Origin: Abditibacterium sp.
Lineage (GTDB): Bacteria; Armatimonadota; Abditibacteriia; Abditibacteriales; Abditibacteriaceae
Assembly (NCBI GenBank): GCA_965199495.1
Contig: CBDASK010000003.1
Coordinates: 3,200,001 to 3,264,000 of the forward strand
Direction of reading: 5' to 3'
DNA length: 64,000 bases
Part shown: one piece after another, positions 31,316 through 40,982 of the stretch
Position numbering within the stretch: position 1 is the first letter of the stretch
Layout: every line of letters starts with the position of its first letter
The notes under the pieces: generated by a model
The model's input: only the letters and a program-made list of their open reading frames with translations
Database searches by the model: none
Told to the model about the DNA's origin: nothing
Position numbers and translations under genes: made by a program

Positions 31316-32392
31316 TTAGCTTAACCTCGCATCGCTCTTAACCGAGCGCACGAACACATCTTCCAACGTTTCGGAGTGGCCCTTAACATCCAGAGTGCGA
31401 CCGTTGGAATCGTTGATAAAGCGCAAAACGGTTTGCAAACCTTCGCTCGATTCGGCCTCGAAACGGATGCGACCATCTTGGCGCTCGAACGGCAAATTGA
31501 GGCCGCGCGCCTTTTGCAATGCGGCATCGTCGAAGCCTTCGGCGTAAATATCGAAATGCTGGCTCGGCCCGACCAATTCGGGAACGGTGCCGAATTTGAC
31601 CAAGCGGCCTTCGCTCAAAATCGCGACGCGGTCGCAGATTTCTTGCACATCAGCCAACAAGTGCGAACATAGCAACACGGTTTTGCCCGCGTCGCGCACT
31701 TTGAGAATCGTCTCTTTCATCTGGCGCGCGCCAATTGGGTCAAGGCCCGTCGTCGGCTCGTCCAAAAACAACAATTCGGGATCGTTGAGCAGCGCCTGCG
31801 CCAAACCGACGCGTTGCATCATTCCCTTGGAATAGGTGCGAATTTGGCGCTTGCGGTCGGTGCGGTTGAGACCGACCATATCCAAAATTTCTTCGGTGCG
31901 CTTTTGGCGCAGTTCTTTGGAGAATCCGAACAATTTGCCGTAGAAATCCAAGACTTCGGCGGAATTGAGGTGATCGTAGAAGTAAGGGCCGTCGGGCAAA
32001 AAGCCGATGCGCTGCTTAACAGCCACGTCGCGTGGGCCGCGCCCGAAAATCTCGACGCTGCCGCCGTTGGGCTTGATGAGGCCCAACAAAAGTTTGAGCG
32101 TCGTGGTTTTGCCGGAGCCGTTGGGGCCGACCAAACCGAAAATTTCGCCGCGTTTCACGTCAATTGTTAAGTCATTGAGCGCGACTTTGCCCGCGCGCGA
32201 AAACGGCGCGCGATAGGTTTTGTTCAGATCGTGCGTCTGAATAATCACGTCGCCCGCGCCTTCGAGTGGCGCTTTGGTCGCGGTCGCGCCCTTGGGCGTG
32301 GCGACGGCGACGGGTGGGGAATCGACGGGTTCGATGGCGATTTCACCCTGAGAATTGGATGGAGGCATGGAATTAAAATCGTTCTGCACCAA
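31316..32392 (-). CDS. ABC transporter ATP-binding protein
   Basis: Walker A GPNGSGKTT; signature YSKGM; Walker B LFLDEP. Confidence 0.93.
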   Translation of the reverse strand: MVQNDFNSMPPSNSQGEIAIEPVDSPPVAVATPKGATATKAPLEGAGDVIIQTHDLNKTYRAPFSRAGKVALNDLTIDVKRGEIFGLVGPNGSGKTTTLKLLLGLIKPNGGSVEIFGRGPRDVAVKQRIGFLPDGPYFYDHLNSAEVLDFYGKLFGFSKELRQKRTEEILDMVGLNRTDRKRQIRTYSKGMMQRVGLAQALLNDPELLFLDEPTTGLDPIGARQMKETILKVRDAGKTVLLCSHLLADVQEICDRVAILSEGRLVKFGTVPELVGPSQHFDIYAEGFDDAALQKARGLNLPFERQDGRIRFEAESSEGLQTVLRFINDSNGRTLDVKGHSETLEDVFVRSVKSDARLS

Positions 32393-32538
32393 ATGATGGA
32401 CAGAAACTAAATGGGCGCGAAGTTGTCACGCTTCGCAAAATGGGAATAAAAGCACTTTACATTTTAACGAGATAACTCTATGCACGCTTTGTTGATAATC
32501 GGGTTTCGTTAAGAAGGCAAGCGAAAATAAGACTTCTT

Positions 32539-33447
32539 TTACTTCAGTTTCAGCGATGCGATCCAAGGTGCCGGGAAATGCCGCATATAAAAGTCGCGAA
32601 GTTTCGCTTTACGCGCACTTTCGTCGTAGCCAATATTCCATCCTAATTTGCGCTCGCAGGCCGGGCAAAAATCGAGCGGCGCACCGTCGGCGTCGGCGAG
32701 CGAGTTGGAGCCATTCATCGCGCAACGATAGAAAACGCAGTGCGAAATGCCGAACATATGCCCGGTTTCGTGACACAAAACCTGACAGGCGCGCCGCAGT
32801 TGCGCCTTCGCGGGCGCGCCTTTGGTGCGATAGCGCGCCAGCGAATAAACGCCGACGCGCTGGCGATAGGAGGCCAAACCGAAAACGAAACTCAATTTGC
32901 CGCTCCACAAATCGCGATTGGTCACCGCCAGATAAGCCGTGGCATCGTCGGGTAAACGCGGTTGGAGCCGCGCCAAAATCGCGTCGGCATCGAATTGTCG
33001 CTGGAATTTGGCGCTGCCCGCACGCGAGGACACACTTAATTTATTCAACGATAGCGGTTTTTCCAATCGCGTAGGCAACATGAAAAACGCGCCGCAAAAT
33101 TGGCGCAACTCTTCCAGTTGCCGCGTTTCTTGCGCGTCGAAATCGCCCAGCGGCAACAGCACCAAAGTGCGCCGTTGCGGCGTCGGGCGCATCGGAAATT
33201 CGCGTCTATAATTTCCAAACGTCTGCACTGGTTCGGCGAAGCTCGCATACCAACCGGGCGCGTTGTCGCGCGTCAGATGCAGCCACGCCGTGTTGGGATC
33301 GCGATTCCATTCGCTCTGGCGGGCGCGCTCGGCCAGAAAATTATCGGTCGTCGCGCCGCCCCAATGTGGATTGATTGCGCTCCAAGCGAGGTAGCCCACG
33401 ATTATGGCGGCGGTGGCTGCAAGTTGGAGGCGGCGCGGTCTGGGCAT
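32539..33447 (-). CDS. Archaemetzincin family (M54) zinc metalloprotease
   Basis: HETGHMFGISHC..CAMNGSN...FCPAC; FVFGLA. Confidence 0.9.
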   Translation of the reverse strand: MPRPRRLQLAATAAIIVGYLAWSAINPHWGGATTDNFLAERARQSEWNRDPNTAWLHLTRDNAPGWYASFAEPVQTFGNYRREFPMRPTPQRRTLVLLPLGDFDAQETRQLEELRQFCGAFFMLPTRLEKPLSLNKLSVSSRAGSAKFQRQFDADAILARLQPRLPDDATAYLAVTNRDLWSGKLSFVFGLASYRQRVGVYSLARYRTKGAPAKAQLRRACQVLCHETGHMFGISHCVFYRCAMNGSNSLADADGAPLDFCPACERKLGWNIGYDESARKAKLRDFYMRHFPAPWIASLKLK

Positions 33448-33478
33448 AATTTGAAACTAAATTCCAAATATAAAAAAT

Positions 33479-33534
33479 CCGATTAAGAGCCTATCGGTGT
33501 GCCGCCGGCGGCACACCGATAGGCTCTTAATCGG
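33479..33534. repeat. 56-bp perfect palindrome with no loop
   Basis: ccgattaagagcctatcggtgtgccgcc|ggcggcacaccgataggctcttaatcgg. Confidence 0.9.
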
Positions 33535-34717
33535 TAAATTCGCGATACAACGCTTCAATTTGCGCGGCATGATCGGCGATGTGAAATTTTTCGATAACCG
33601 TCGCGCGCCCGTTGGCGCTCAAATGCTGGCGCAATTCGCTGTCGCGAAAAACGCGCGTCATCGCTTCGGCGAGTTCATCGGGCGCGTGAGGTTTGACCAA
33701 CAATCCGTCTTGGCCGTGCGTCACAATTTCGAGCGGCCCATTTTTGTTGACGGCAATCACCGGGATTTCCAAGGCCATCGCTTCTATCAAGACGCGGCCA
33801 AACGGTTCGTCGCCCGCCGGATGAACCAGGCAATCGAGCGCCGACATCGCGTCAACGGCATCGCTCTGGCGCGGAATGAAGTTGAAATGTTCGATCAAAT
33901 CGTGCTTTTTGATTAGGTCGCGCAATTCTTCGATGTAATCTTGATGTTCGCCGAAAAGGTCGCCGCCAATCGAGACGAAACGCACATTTTTCATGCCCTG
34001 TTGCTGCACCATCTTGGCGGCGGCTTCGATGAAATCGGCGTGGTTTTTCCACGGCACCATTTGGCCGACGATGCCGAAAATAAAAGTATCATCGGGCACG
34101 CCGAGCGTTTCGCGCAAACGCGACGGCATATTGGGGCGCCATTGTTCGGGGTCGAGGCCGTTATAAATAATGCTGATTTTCTCGCGCGGCACGCCATCTT
34201 TTTCGAGTTGCGAGGCCACGCAACCCGAAATCGCGATAACGCGCGTCGCTTTGGAGGCGAGTTGGGGCGCGATTTTGTCCAGCGAAATCAGATCGCGGCA
34301 GTGCCACAGCGCCGGGCGATTGGTGCGCTCGGCAGCCACGCCGCCGACCAAGTGCGCCGTCGTCGAATTGGAATGGATGAGCGCGGCGCCGCTTTGGTCT
34401 ACCAAACGGCAGATAAAAGGCGCGGTCTGCAAAACGTGGAGCAGCGACGCCATGCCATCAATAATGCCGCGTGGCCGCTGCAAACGACGGAGCGGCGCGA
34501 ACGAAACGTTCCAGTGTTCCTCGCGCAATTCGGTGGCAAAAGGCCCATCGCCCGGCAACGCGATAAACGGCTCAAAGGGCGCATCAATCTGGCGCAGGCC
34601 CTTGAGCAGAGCGCGCAACGAAACTTCGGCCCCACTGATCTGCGCCGAGTGATTGAGGTAAAGCACCGTCTTTTTTTCAGTGGGCGAAGCGGGCGTGGAA
34701 TCCGTGGAATTGCTCAT
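33527..34717 (-). CDS. Glycosyltransferase family 4
   Basis: SGAEVSL, IYNG, EPFGRVLIEAMA. Confidence 0.92.
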   Translation of the reverse strand: MSNSTDSTPASPTEKKTVLYLNHSAQISGAEVSLRALLKGLRQIDAPFEPFIALPGDGPFATELREEHWNVSFAPLRRLQRPRGIIDGMASLLHVLQTAPFICRLVDQSGAALIHSNSTTAHLVGGVAAERTNRPALWHCRDLISLDKIAPQLASKATRVIAISGCVASQLEKDGVPREKISIIYNGLDPEQWRPNMPSRLRETLGVPDDTFIFGIVGQMVPWKNHADFIEAAAKMVQQQGMKNVRFVSIGGDLFGEHQDYIEELRDLIKKHDLIEHFNFIPRQSDAVDAMSALDCLVHPAGDEPFGRVLIEAMALEIPVIAVNKNGPLEIVTHGQDGLLVKPHAPDELAEAMTRVFRDSELRQHLSANGRATVIEKFHIADHAAQIEALYREFTD

Positions 34718-34770
34718 AATTATAACTTTTTGAAACTACTTCAAATTATACCTTGCCGTCGCGAAAATTT

Positions 34771-35616
34771 CTAATTAATTTCGCCATTCAACCAGTTTTG
34801 CGTGATCTCGAAAACTTGTTTTTCCCATTCCAATCCGTAAAACGAATGATTGGCGCCCGCCACGATTTCGACAACGGGCGGGCGCGCCGAGTGTCGCGCA
34901 TACCAATCTTTTGCTTCGGGCGCGATGGGGTCGGCGTCGCCATAAATTTGCAAAATCGGGCCGCGATATTTTTTCCAATCGCTCAGCGATTGCGCGCGAA
35001 AGCCCGGCGGCAATTGGCCGGGTTCGCGCGATTCGACGTTTTTATTGGCCGCGCCGCCGCCGCCTTTCATCGCTTTGCCGACGGCGGCGGTATCCACCTG
35101 GCCGCGCGCGATTTTGAGATAAGTTCGCGGATCCAAAAGTTTGCGCGCGTATTTGCCCAAGTTCGCCGCGCGCTTTTTTTGCTGCCCCGATTGTTCCGGC
35201 AGCGCCGCGAAAATCGGCGCGCTCCACAACGCGATGCCGTCCCACTTTTCGCCCGCCGCCGCGACCGCGATTTCGCAGCCCGAACACAAACCAACCGCGA
35301 TGAATTTTTCGCTTTCGCTTTGTTTTCGCAACAGTTCCAACGCGCAAAACGTATCGTCGCGCATCGTCGCCAGCGTGGCGAGTTCGGTATCGCCTTCGCT
35401 GTCGCCGCGCCCGGCGAAATCGAAGCGCAACGAATCGAAACCCAACGCGCCAAAGTGGCGCGCGGCGCGCGTCAACATTTGGTGCGGCCCAGTGCGATAA
35501 CCGCTCCATCCATGCAAAAACAATAGAGCGCCACGCGGTGTCTGCTCCGTTTGGTGCAACACGCCGACGAGCGTTTCGTCGCGCGCGTTGGGGAAAGTCA
35601 GGGGGAGTTCGGGCAT
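34771..35616 (-). CDS. Alpha/beta hydrolase, exosortase-associated hydrolase-1 type
   Basis: RFDFAGRGDSEG, nucleophile elbow GLCSG, GANHSF; start MPELPL. Confidence 0.8.
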   Translation of the reverse strand: MPELPLTFPNARDETLVGVLHQTEQTPRGALLFLHGWSGYRTGPHQMLTRAARHFGALGFDSLRFDFAGRGDSEGDTELATLATMRDDTFCALELLRKQSESEKFIAVGLCSGCEIAVAAAGEKWDGIALWSAPIFAALPEQSGQQKKRAANLGKYARKLLDPRTYLKIARGQVDTAAVGKAMKGGGGAANKNVESREPGQLPPGFRAQSLSDWKKYRGPILQIYGDADPIAPEAKDWYARHSARPPVVEIVAGANHSFYGLEWEKQVFEITQNWLNGEIN

Positions 35617-35627
35617 AAATTTAGAAC

Positions 35628-35744
35628 GTAGATGCGATATAAAATCGCAGCCAAGGAAGTCGTCGGCCTTCGCCGACGGTTTGAACTTTCTTCTGTCGGC
35701 GAAGGCCGACGACTTCCTTGGCTGCGATTTTATATCGCATCTAC
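35628..35744. repeat. GTAG-type REP doublet (REPIN), 50-bp perfect arms
   Basis: GTAGATGCGATATAAAATCGCA... at 35628-35677, inverted at 35695-35744. Confidence 0.85.
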
Positions 35745-36470
35745 AAATTCGAGCGATTCTAAAAGCGGCACGGGCGGCGTGTAATCGAGCAAATTCCAGA
35801 ATGCGGGCATCACAATCGCGCGCGTTTGCGCGCCGATTTGGTCGGCGAAATTTTGCAGCGGCGGCGCCATCGCATTGCGCGGTCCGACGTTCCACGCTTG
35901 CGCTTCGCCCTCAAATTGAACGGCGTCGCGTAAATCGAGCGCGTTCAATTCGTCGCGTAAATTCTCGCCCAACGCCCAGCCGTCCAAATCTCCGGCGGGT
36001 AACGCGGCGCCGCCGCCCGCCATCGAAACGCGCATTTTCTGGCGCATATTGAGTTGGCTCAGCATCGCGCGCCCGGTTAATATCGGTTCGATGAGCAATA
36101 AGCGCGACGCGCGTTCGCGTTCGAGATAAGCCAGCGAGGCGCCTAATCGCACGCCCAACAATCCGATTTGTGCATTGGGCGCGCGCCCCGCGACAACAGC
36201 CACGGCGGCGGCGATGTCGGCGCGCCACGCGGTCAAAGTCGCGTCGGCGAAATCGCCGTGGCTGTCCCCAGTGCCGCGATACGAGAAAAATAGCGATGCC
36301 TCGCCGCGCGCTTGCAACGCCAACGCGATTTCGGTCAACGTGCGATGCGCCGATTTTTCTTCTTCGGCAAACGGCGGGCAAATCACCCAGACGCGTTCGG
36401 CGTTTTCGGCGCCGCGCCAAACTCCGAAAAGTTGAAGTTCGCCAGACGGGAAAAAGAGCGGTTCGAGCAT
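35730..36470 (-). CDS. Alpha/beta hydrolase, exosortase-associated hydrolase-2 type
   Basis: PPFAEE, YRGTGDSHGDF, GVRLGA, PAFW. Confidence 0.8.
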   Translation of the reverse strand: MLEPLFFPSGELQLFGVWRGAENAERVWVICPPFAEEEKSAHRTLTEIALALQARGEASLFFSYRGTGDSHGDFADATLTAWRADIAAAVAVVAGRAPNAQIGLLGVRLGASLAYLERERASRLLLIEPILTGRAMLSQLNMRQKMRVSMAGGGAALPAGDLDGWALGENLRDELNALDLRDAVQFEGEAQAWNVGPRNAMAPPLQNFADQIGAQTRAIVMPAFWNLLDYTPPVPLLESLEFVDAI

Positions 36471-36490
36471 AAACTCAATTTAATGCTTCA

Positions 36491-36581
36491 TTAGCCAAGA
36501 AAAGGCACAAAAAATACCAAGATTGGAACAAAAATGTTTTCGTCCACACCTTTTGATTTTTTTGTGCCTTTTCGCGGCTAA
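36491..36581. repeat. Imperfect inverted repeat (GCACAAAA variant)
   Basis: ttagccaagaaaaggcacaaaaaa ... ttttttgtgccttttcgcggctaa. Confidence 0.6.
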
Positions 36582-36586
36582 CAAAA

Positions 36587-36838
36587 TCAGTTGGTTTGTT
36601 TCGATTCGACCAATGCCGCCATCGCGTTGACGGTCTCAAAGTTGGTGGGCGAAAACTCCATGTCTTCCATTGAAATATCGAACTCGGATTCGAGGCCGAC
36701 GACCAACTCGAACAGCGCGACCGAATCAATATCGTAGGTTTCCATCAGCGACGCGTCGTCGGCGATGGTGTCGGGATCAACGGGCAAAAACAGCCGCTCG
36801 ACGATCATGGTTTTAATGCGGGATTTAAGGGAATTCAT
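36587..36838 (-). CDS. Acyl carrier protein
   Basis: 83 aa, acidic; phosphopantetheine site DIDSVAL. Confidence 0.85.
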   Translation of the reverse strand: MNSLKSRIKTMIVERLFLPVDPDTIADDASLMETYDIDSVALFELVVGLESEFDISMEDMEFSPTNFETVNAMAALVESKQTN

Positions 36839-36846
36839 GGAGATTT

Positions 36847-37569
36847 TTAGAGAACGGGAACGAGCGCGAAGTAGCAGACCGCGCACCAAACGAGGCCAAT
36901 GACATAGCCGCCGACGACATCGGACGGGAAATGGACGCCCATATAAATGCGGCTCAGGCCAGTAAAAAACACGGTGAGAATCGCGGCCAAAGCCAACAAT
37001 GCGTAGGACAAAAAGGAAATGTGCAGCAAGGGTGCAATTAAAACGCAGCCCGTCCAAAAGCAAAACGATGTCAGCGAATGGCCTGACGGAAACGAGGCAT
37101 CTTTCATTTTGTGGCCGAAACTGCCCTCGGCGCGCTCTGGGCGTGGCCGCTTGAAGACGCGCTTAGAAAAATACGACAGAAACGACGAACCCATGTAGCA
37201 AAATCCGGGAAAAAAGAACAGCGTCTGATGCGCCGGATGTTGGCTCGCCGCCCACGTCGCAAGGCCAATCGAAAGCACGATTAAGCTGGGCGCCGAAGCG
37301 AAATTCGTCCAGAAACGGAAAAACCAGGTGCGCAAAACGCGGTCGGTCGTTGGGTCGGCATGATCGCGATAACGCAGCACGCGCGCCCACTGGCGCACAT
37401 GCGTATCGAGTGCCAGTAAATGCCCACGCACTCTGGGCTTCATGACTTGGAAAATCACCATCAACACGGCGAGCGTCACGATCCAAGCGAGCGCAAAACG
37501 CGGCCCAGCCGTCGGAATAAGCGCGATAAACTGCCGGATAAACGCCCACAGCGCAGAGATTAAACCCAT
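36847..37569 (-). CDS. PAP2 family phosphatase
   Basis: K..FKRPRP, SFPSGH, SRIYMGVHFPSDV. Confidence 0.92.
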   Translation of the reverse strand: MGLISALWAFIRQFIALIPTAGPRFALAWIVTLAVLMVIFQVMKPRVRGHLLALDTHVRQWARVLRYRDHADPTTDRVLRTWFFRFWTNFASAPSLIVLSIGLATWAASQHPAHQTLFFFPGFCYMGSSFLSYFSKRVFKRPRPERAEGSFGHKMKDASFPSGHSLTSFCFWTGCVLIAPLLHISFLSYALLALAAILTVFFTGLSRIYMGVHFPSDVVGGYVIGLVWCAVCYFALVPVL

Positions 37570-37635
37570 CGCGCGCCTCGGCTGAGAAAATGAAAGTTGT
37601 TCATGGGGCGTTTAGTATTTTAGAAATAAATTGGG

Positions 37636-38520
37636 CTAATTGACAACCGTTTGAGCCGCTTGCTTTGGCAACAACTTCTGCCAATCCACTTCGCCAATGT
37701 CGCGTTTGGGCAAAGTTTTCCACGCGGCTTGCGCTTCGGAAGTGCCCGCTTCTCCGGCAAAAGTCGCGCCCCAACGTTTTTTGAACAATACGCCATTTTT
37801 GGCGGTGACGTAACCGAAATTAATATCGTCGCTTCCGGCGGTTGTCGTGTGTTCAAAATGATAAACCTCGACTTCGGGCGCCGTCCAGACTTGCCAACCG
37901 GCGGCGCGCGCGCGGTAGCAAAAATCCAAATCTTCGTATTGAACCGGCGAAAACGCGTCGTCCAAAACGCCGATCTGTTCAATCATCGCGCGTTTCATCA
38001 GCCACGCCGCCGAGATGGCGCACTGAACTTCGCGCGCCGCGTTCGCCGAACCGCGCACATCGCCGCGCGCCAGATAGCGAATGCGTCCGCTCGGCGCAAC
38101 CGCGCAACCGCAACATTCGATGTCAAACGGCGCCCACGGAAACAACAGCGTCGGCGCCACGATACCAATTTCAGCGCGCGCATCCAACGCATCGGCTAAT
38201 TCTTGCAGCCAATTCGCCTGACCGATGATCGTATCGTTATCCAAAAACGCGATGTGCGAGCCGGTGGCTGCTTCAATGGCGGCGTTGCGACCGCGAATCG
38301 CGCCGATGTTGGTCGCAAAATTCAGCGTTTGCACTTCGATACCCGCATTTTTGGCGGCAATTCCCCACTCTTGAAGCAATGTCAACGTGCCATCGCTCGA
38401 ACCGTTATCCACATTGATAATCTGCAACGGGCGCGCGGTTGATGCGAGCAGACTCGTCAGACAGGCGCGCGAATATTCGATTTTGTTGTGATGCAGAATG
38501 ACGACGGAGTAAGTGGCCAT
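37636..38520 (-). CDS. Glycosyltransferase family 2
   Basis: VDNGSSDG, FLDND, YEDLDFC. Confidence 0.9.
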   Translation of the reverse strand: MATYSVVILHHNKIEYSRACLTSLLASTARPLQIINVDNGSSDGTLTLLQEWGIAAKNAGIEVQTLNFATNIGAIRGRNAAIEAATGSHIAFLDNDTIIGQANWLQELADALDARAEIGIVAPTLLFPWAPFDIECCGCAVAPSGRIRYLARGDVRGSANAAREVQCAISAAWLMKRAMIEQIGVLDDAFSPVQYEDLDFCYRARAAGWQVWTAPEVEVYHFEHTTTAGSDDINFGYVTAKNGVLFKKRWGATFAGEAGTSEAQAAWKTLPKRDIGEVDWQKLLPKQAAQTVVN

Positions 38521-38596
38521 GAGGAGAATCTCAGAGTTTACGCCGCTCTAATTAAATTTGTCCGCATCGGCGGAAATTTACGAGTTCAATAAAACG

Positions 38597-38629
38597 AAAA
38601 CCGCGCCCGTGAAAACGGGCGCGGTAAAA
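38597..38629 (-). terminator. Probable terminator
   Basis: aaaaccgcgcccgt-gaaa-acgggcgcggt. Confidence 0.6.
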
Positions 38630-38641
38630 GCCAACTCAACT

Positions 38642-39376
38642 TTAAAATTTGATGCCGCTTTTAGCGGCCAAATTTTCCTGTCCATCAGCCAATTGTTTTG
38701 CCTCGACGAGTTCCCCGGCTTCTTGAACGGGCGCGTCACCTTCATGGGCGCTCGACATATACATCGTGGGCGCACTGTGCGTGACATGCGACAAACGCGG
38801 ATGAGCATCGGAGACTCCGGCTGAGCTGAGCGCGTTGGCCCATGAACCAAAGTTCTCTTTGCGGCGCGCGGCGCGATAGATGCCGGGTTCGTGCTGCTCG
38901 ATATAGGCCCAGCCCAATGGTTTGCCCTCTTTGGCCAGCGTTTTGATGGTATCGAGAATGCGGTTTTTCGTCCAGACGCGGCTTTCGCGCATCTTTTCGT
39001 GGTCTAACCCGGCGCCTTCAACGGCGCGGCGCCACGAACCGAAATAGCGATGCGCGCACGCCGCCAGATAAAGGCTGCGATGGCGCGTTTTGAATTGCGG
39101 ATCGAGCAAATCTTCGCCATCCGCGTGCAATTCGCAGATGCGCTGGATAATCTCTTCGCGCGTCCAGCGTTGTTTGACGCGTTTGAATTCGTCGTAGTTG
39201 AAACCGGCGGCTTCGACGGCGGCGCGCCACGAGCCGAAGTGCGAGGCCGAACGCGCTGATGAAAACAGCGCCGAATGTTCGATTTGTGCGGCGGTGGGCG
39301 ACAGATCGGCGCCCTGCATGTGCAGCTGTTTAATCGCCGCGATAATTTTTACTTTGGTCCAAACTTTTCCAGGCAT
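38642..39376 (-). CDS. Protein of three tandem homing-endonuclease-associated-type repeats (putative DNA-binding)
   Basis: Three ~65-aa units WT...I...FGSW..A...AG; RBS ggagag. Confidence 0.75.
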   Translation of the reverse strand: MPGKVWTKVKIIAAIKQLHMQGADLSPTAAQIEHSALFSSARSASHFGSWRAAVEAAGFNYDEFKRVKQRWTREEIIQRICELHADGEDLLDPQFKTRHRSLYLAACAHRYFGSWRRAVEGAGLDHEKMRESRVWTKNRILDTIKTLAKEGKPLGWAYIEQHEPGIYRAARRKENFGSWANALSSAGVSDAHPRLSHVTHSAPTMYMSSAHEGDAPVQEAGELVEAKQLADGQENLAAKSGIKF

Positions 39377-39516
39377 GATTTTCTCTCCTAAAATCAACGA
39401 CTTCTGACTTGGTTCGCGCAAAGCGCGTGAGCGCGGGGCACAATGAGATTTTCTCATTTTCGCTCGCTGGGCGCCACAATCAGGCGCCCAGCGAGCGAAT
39501 GTTCAACGAGAAATGT

Positions 39517-40194
39517 TCAATCGGGCACCGGCTCGATCAAGCCGTAGCCGCCACCGTTGCGCCGGTAAACCACGCCGACTTCGTTGTCGCGACTGTTGCG
39601 AAAAACGAAGAAATCGTGGCCCAGCAAGTCCATTTGTAATGACGCCTCGTCAGGCGACATCGGTTTGAGCGCGAATCGTTTCACGCGCACCATCGAATCG
39701 GGATGGGCCATTCCATCGCCCATCATCGCGTCCATATCGGCCTCTTCGCCGCTATTTCCTTTGCCCGCGCCATTTGAAGCGTCGTCGTATTCGCGCTTGG
39801 GCATCGAAAGCGGGGCGATAGTCGCCGCCGTGGCTCCTTCGTCCGAGGACTTAGGATTCATCACGACGCCGTTTTGATCGTCGCGGTTGTTATGGCGACG
39901 CCCGGTGTTTTGCAGCTTGTCTTTGTAGCGGCGCAGTTGGCTTTGCAACTTGTTAAAGGCCGCATCGAAAGCGGTGCGCATATCGCCCGCGCGCTCTTCG
40001 GCTCTGGTAACAACTCCGCTGTCGAAGAGCGTGACTTCGGCGACAAATTGGCCGCGTTCCTGTTTGATACGCACTTCGGCATCGTCCAAATGGGACGACA
40101 TCTTTTCCAGAGAATTCAGCTTGCTCTCGAAGTGTTCGCGCATGGAGGTCTCGACCTCGCAATTGCGGGTTTGCACGTTCACAGTTTTGATCAT
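39517..40194 (-). CDS. hpf: Ribosome hibernation promoting factor, long form
   Basis: N-terminal S30AE domain (..QLRRYKDK); C-terminal KPMSPDEASLQMDLLGHDFFVF..VVYRR..YGLIEP. Confidence 0.92.
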   Translation of the reverse strand: MIKTVNVQTRNCEVETSMREHFESKLNSLEKMSSHLDDAEVRIKQERGQFVAEVTLFDSGVVTRAEERAGDMRTAFDAAFNKLQSQLRRYKDKLQNTGRRHNNRDDQNGVVMNPKSSDEGATAATIAPLSMPKREYDDASNGAGKGNSGEEADMDAMMGDGMAHPDSMVRVKRFALKPMSPDEASLQMDLLGHDFFVFRNSRDNEVGVVYRRNGGGYGLIEPVPD

Positions 40195-40395
40195 AGGTAA
40201 CCTTTCCGAAATACGAGCCATCCCGGTGGCTGATCCATCCCTTCATCTAAAACGCGAAAGGAAGTTCGTCTTCAATGACGATTAATACGCAGGATACCTC
40301 AAATCGTTGTTCTTGTCAGGTTGCCACGTTGGAATCAATTGAAGTGTGTCGAAATTCACACCGCATTCACACGCTATCGGCACAAAAAAACGCGA

Positions 40396-40884
40396 TTAAA
40401 TTTTGTGAATCAGCGCCACCGCGTGCGCGTGCATGCCCAATCCGGCGCCGACATCGTCCAATCCTTCGCCGGTTTTGCCGCGCAAATTCACGCAATCGAG
40501 CGCGATGCCCAGCGCAGCAGCCACGTTGGCTTTCATCTGCGGCACAAACGGCGCGATTTTCGGCTGTTGCGCGATTAAAACCGCGTCCACATTAACGATT
40601 TGCCAGCCGTTTTCGCGCGCCTTGGCGACGGCGCCGCGCAGCAAAACGCCCGAATCGGCATCTTTATAAGCCGCGTCCGTATCGGGAAATAAACGGCCAA
40701 TATCGGGCAAACCCGCCGCGCCGCAAATCGCGTCGGTGATGGCGTGATATAAAACATCGGCGTCGGAGTGGCCCTGCAAACCTTTATCGAACGGCACGAG
40801 GACGCCCGCCAAAATGAGCGGGCGCCCCGTCACCAAACGGTGCGAATCGTAGCCGATACCGACGCGAAAATTGAGTGGGTTCAT
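40396..40884 (-). CDS. ispF: 2-C-methyl-D-erythritol 2,4-cyclodiphosphate synthase
   Basis: RVGIGYDSH, GHSDADV, DIGRLFPDTD. Confidence 0.95.
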   Translation of the reverse strand: MNPLNFRVGIGYDSHRLVTGRPLILAGVLVPFDKGLQGHSDADVLYHAITDAICGAAGLPDIGRLFPDTDAAYKDADSGVLLRGAVAKARENGWQIVNVDAVLIAQQPKIAPFVPQMKANVAAALGIALDCVNLRGKTGEGLDDVGAGLGMHAHAVALIHKI

Positions 40885-40982
40885 GGGAAAGGAGAAAGGA
40901 TAGGAGATATGAAAGATGCAAAAGCTGGCTTTTCGCGCCGAAAAGCGCATTGTCCTTTTTATCCTTCAGCCTTTATCCTTGC

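Noticed and set aside
35617..35895. N-terminal extension of the hydrolase ORF (similarly 41937-42035, 50566-50670, 56443-56631)
   Set aside because: These extensions run through REP elements, terminators or neighbouring genes; downstream starts fit the protein families better.
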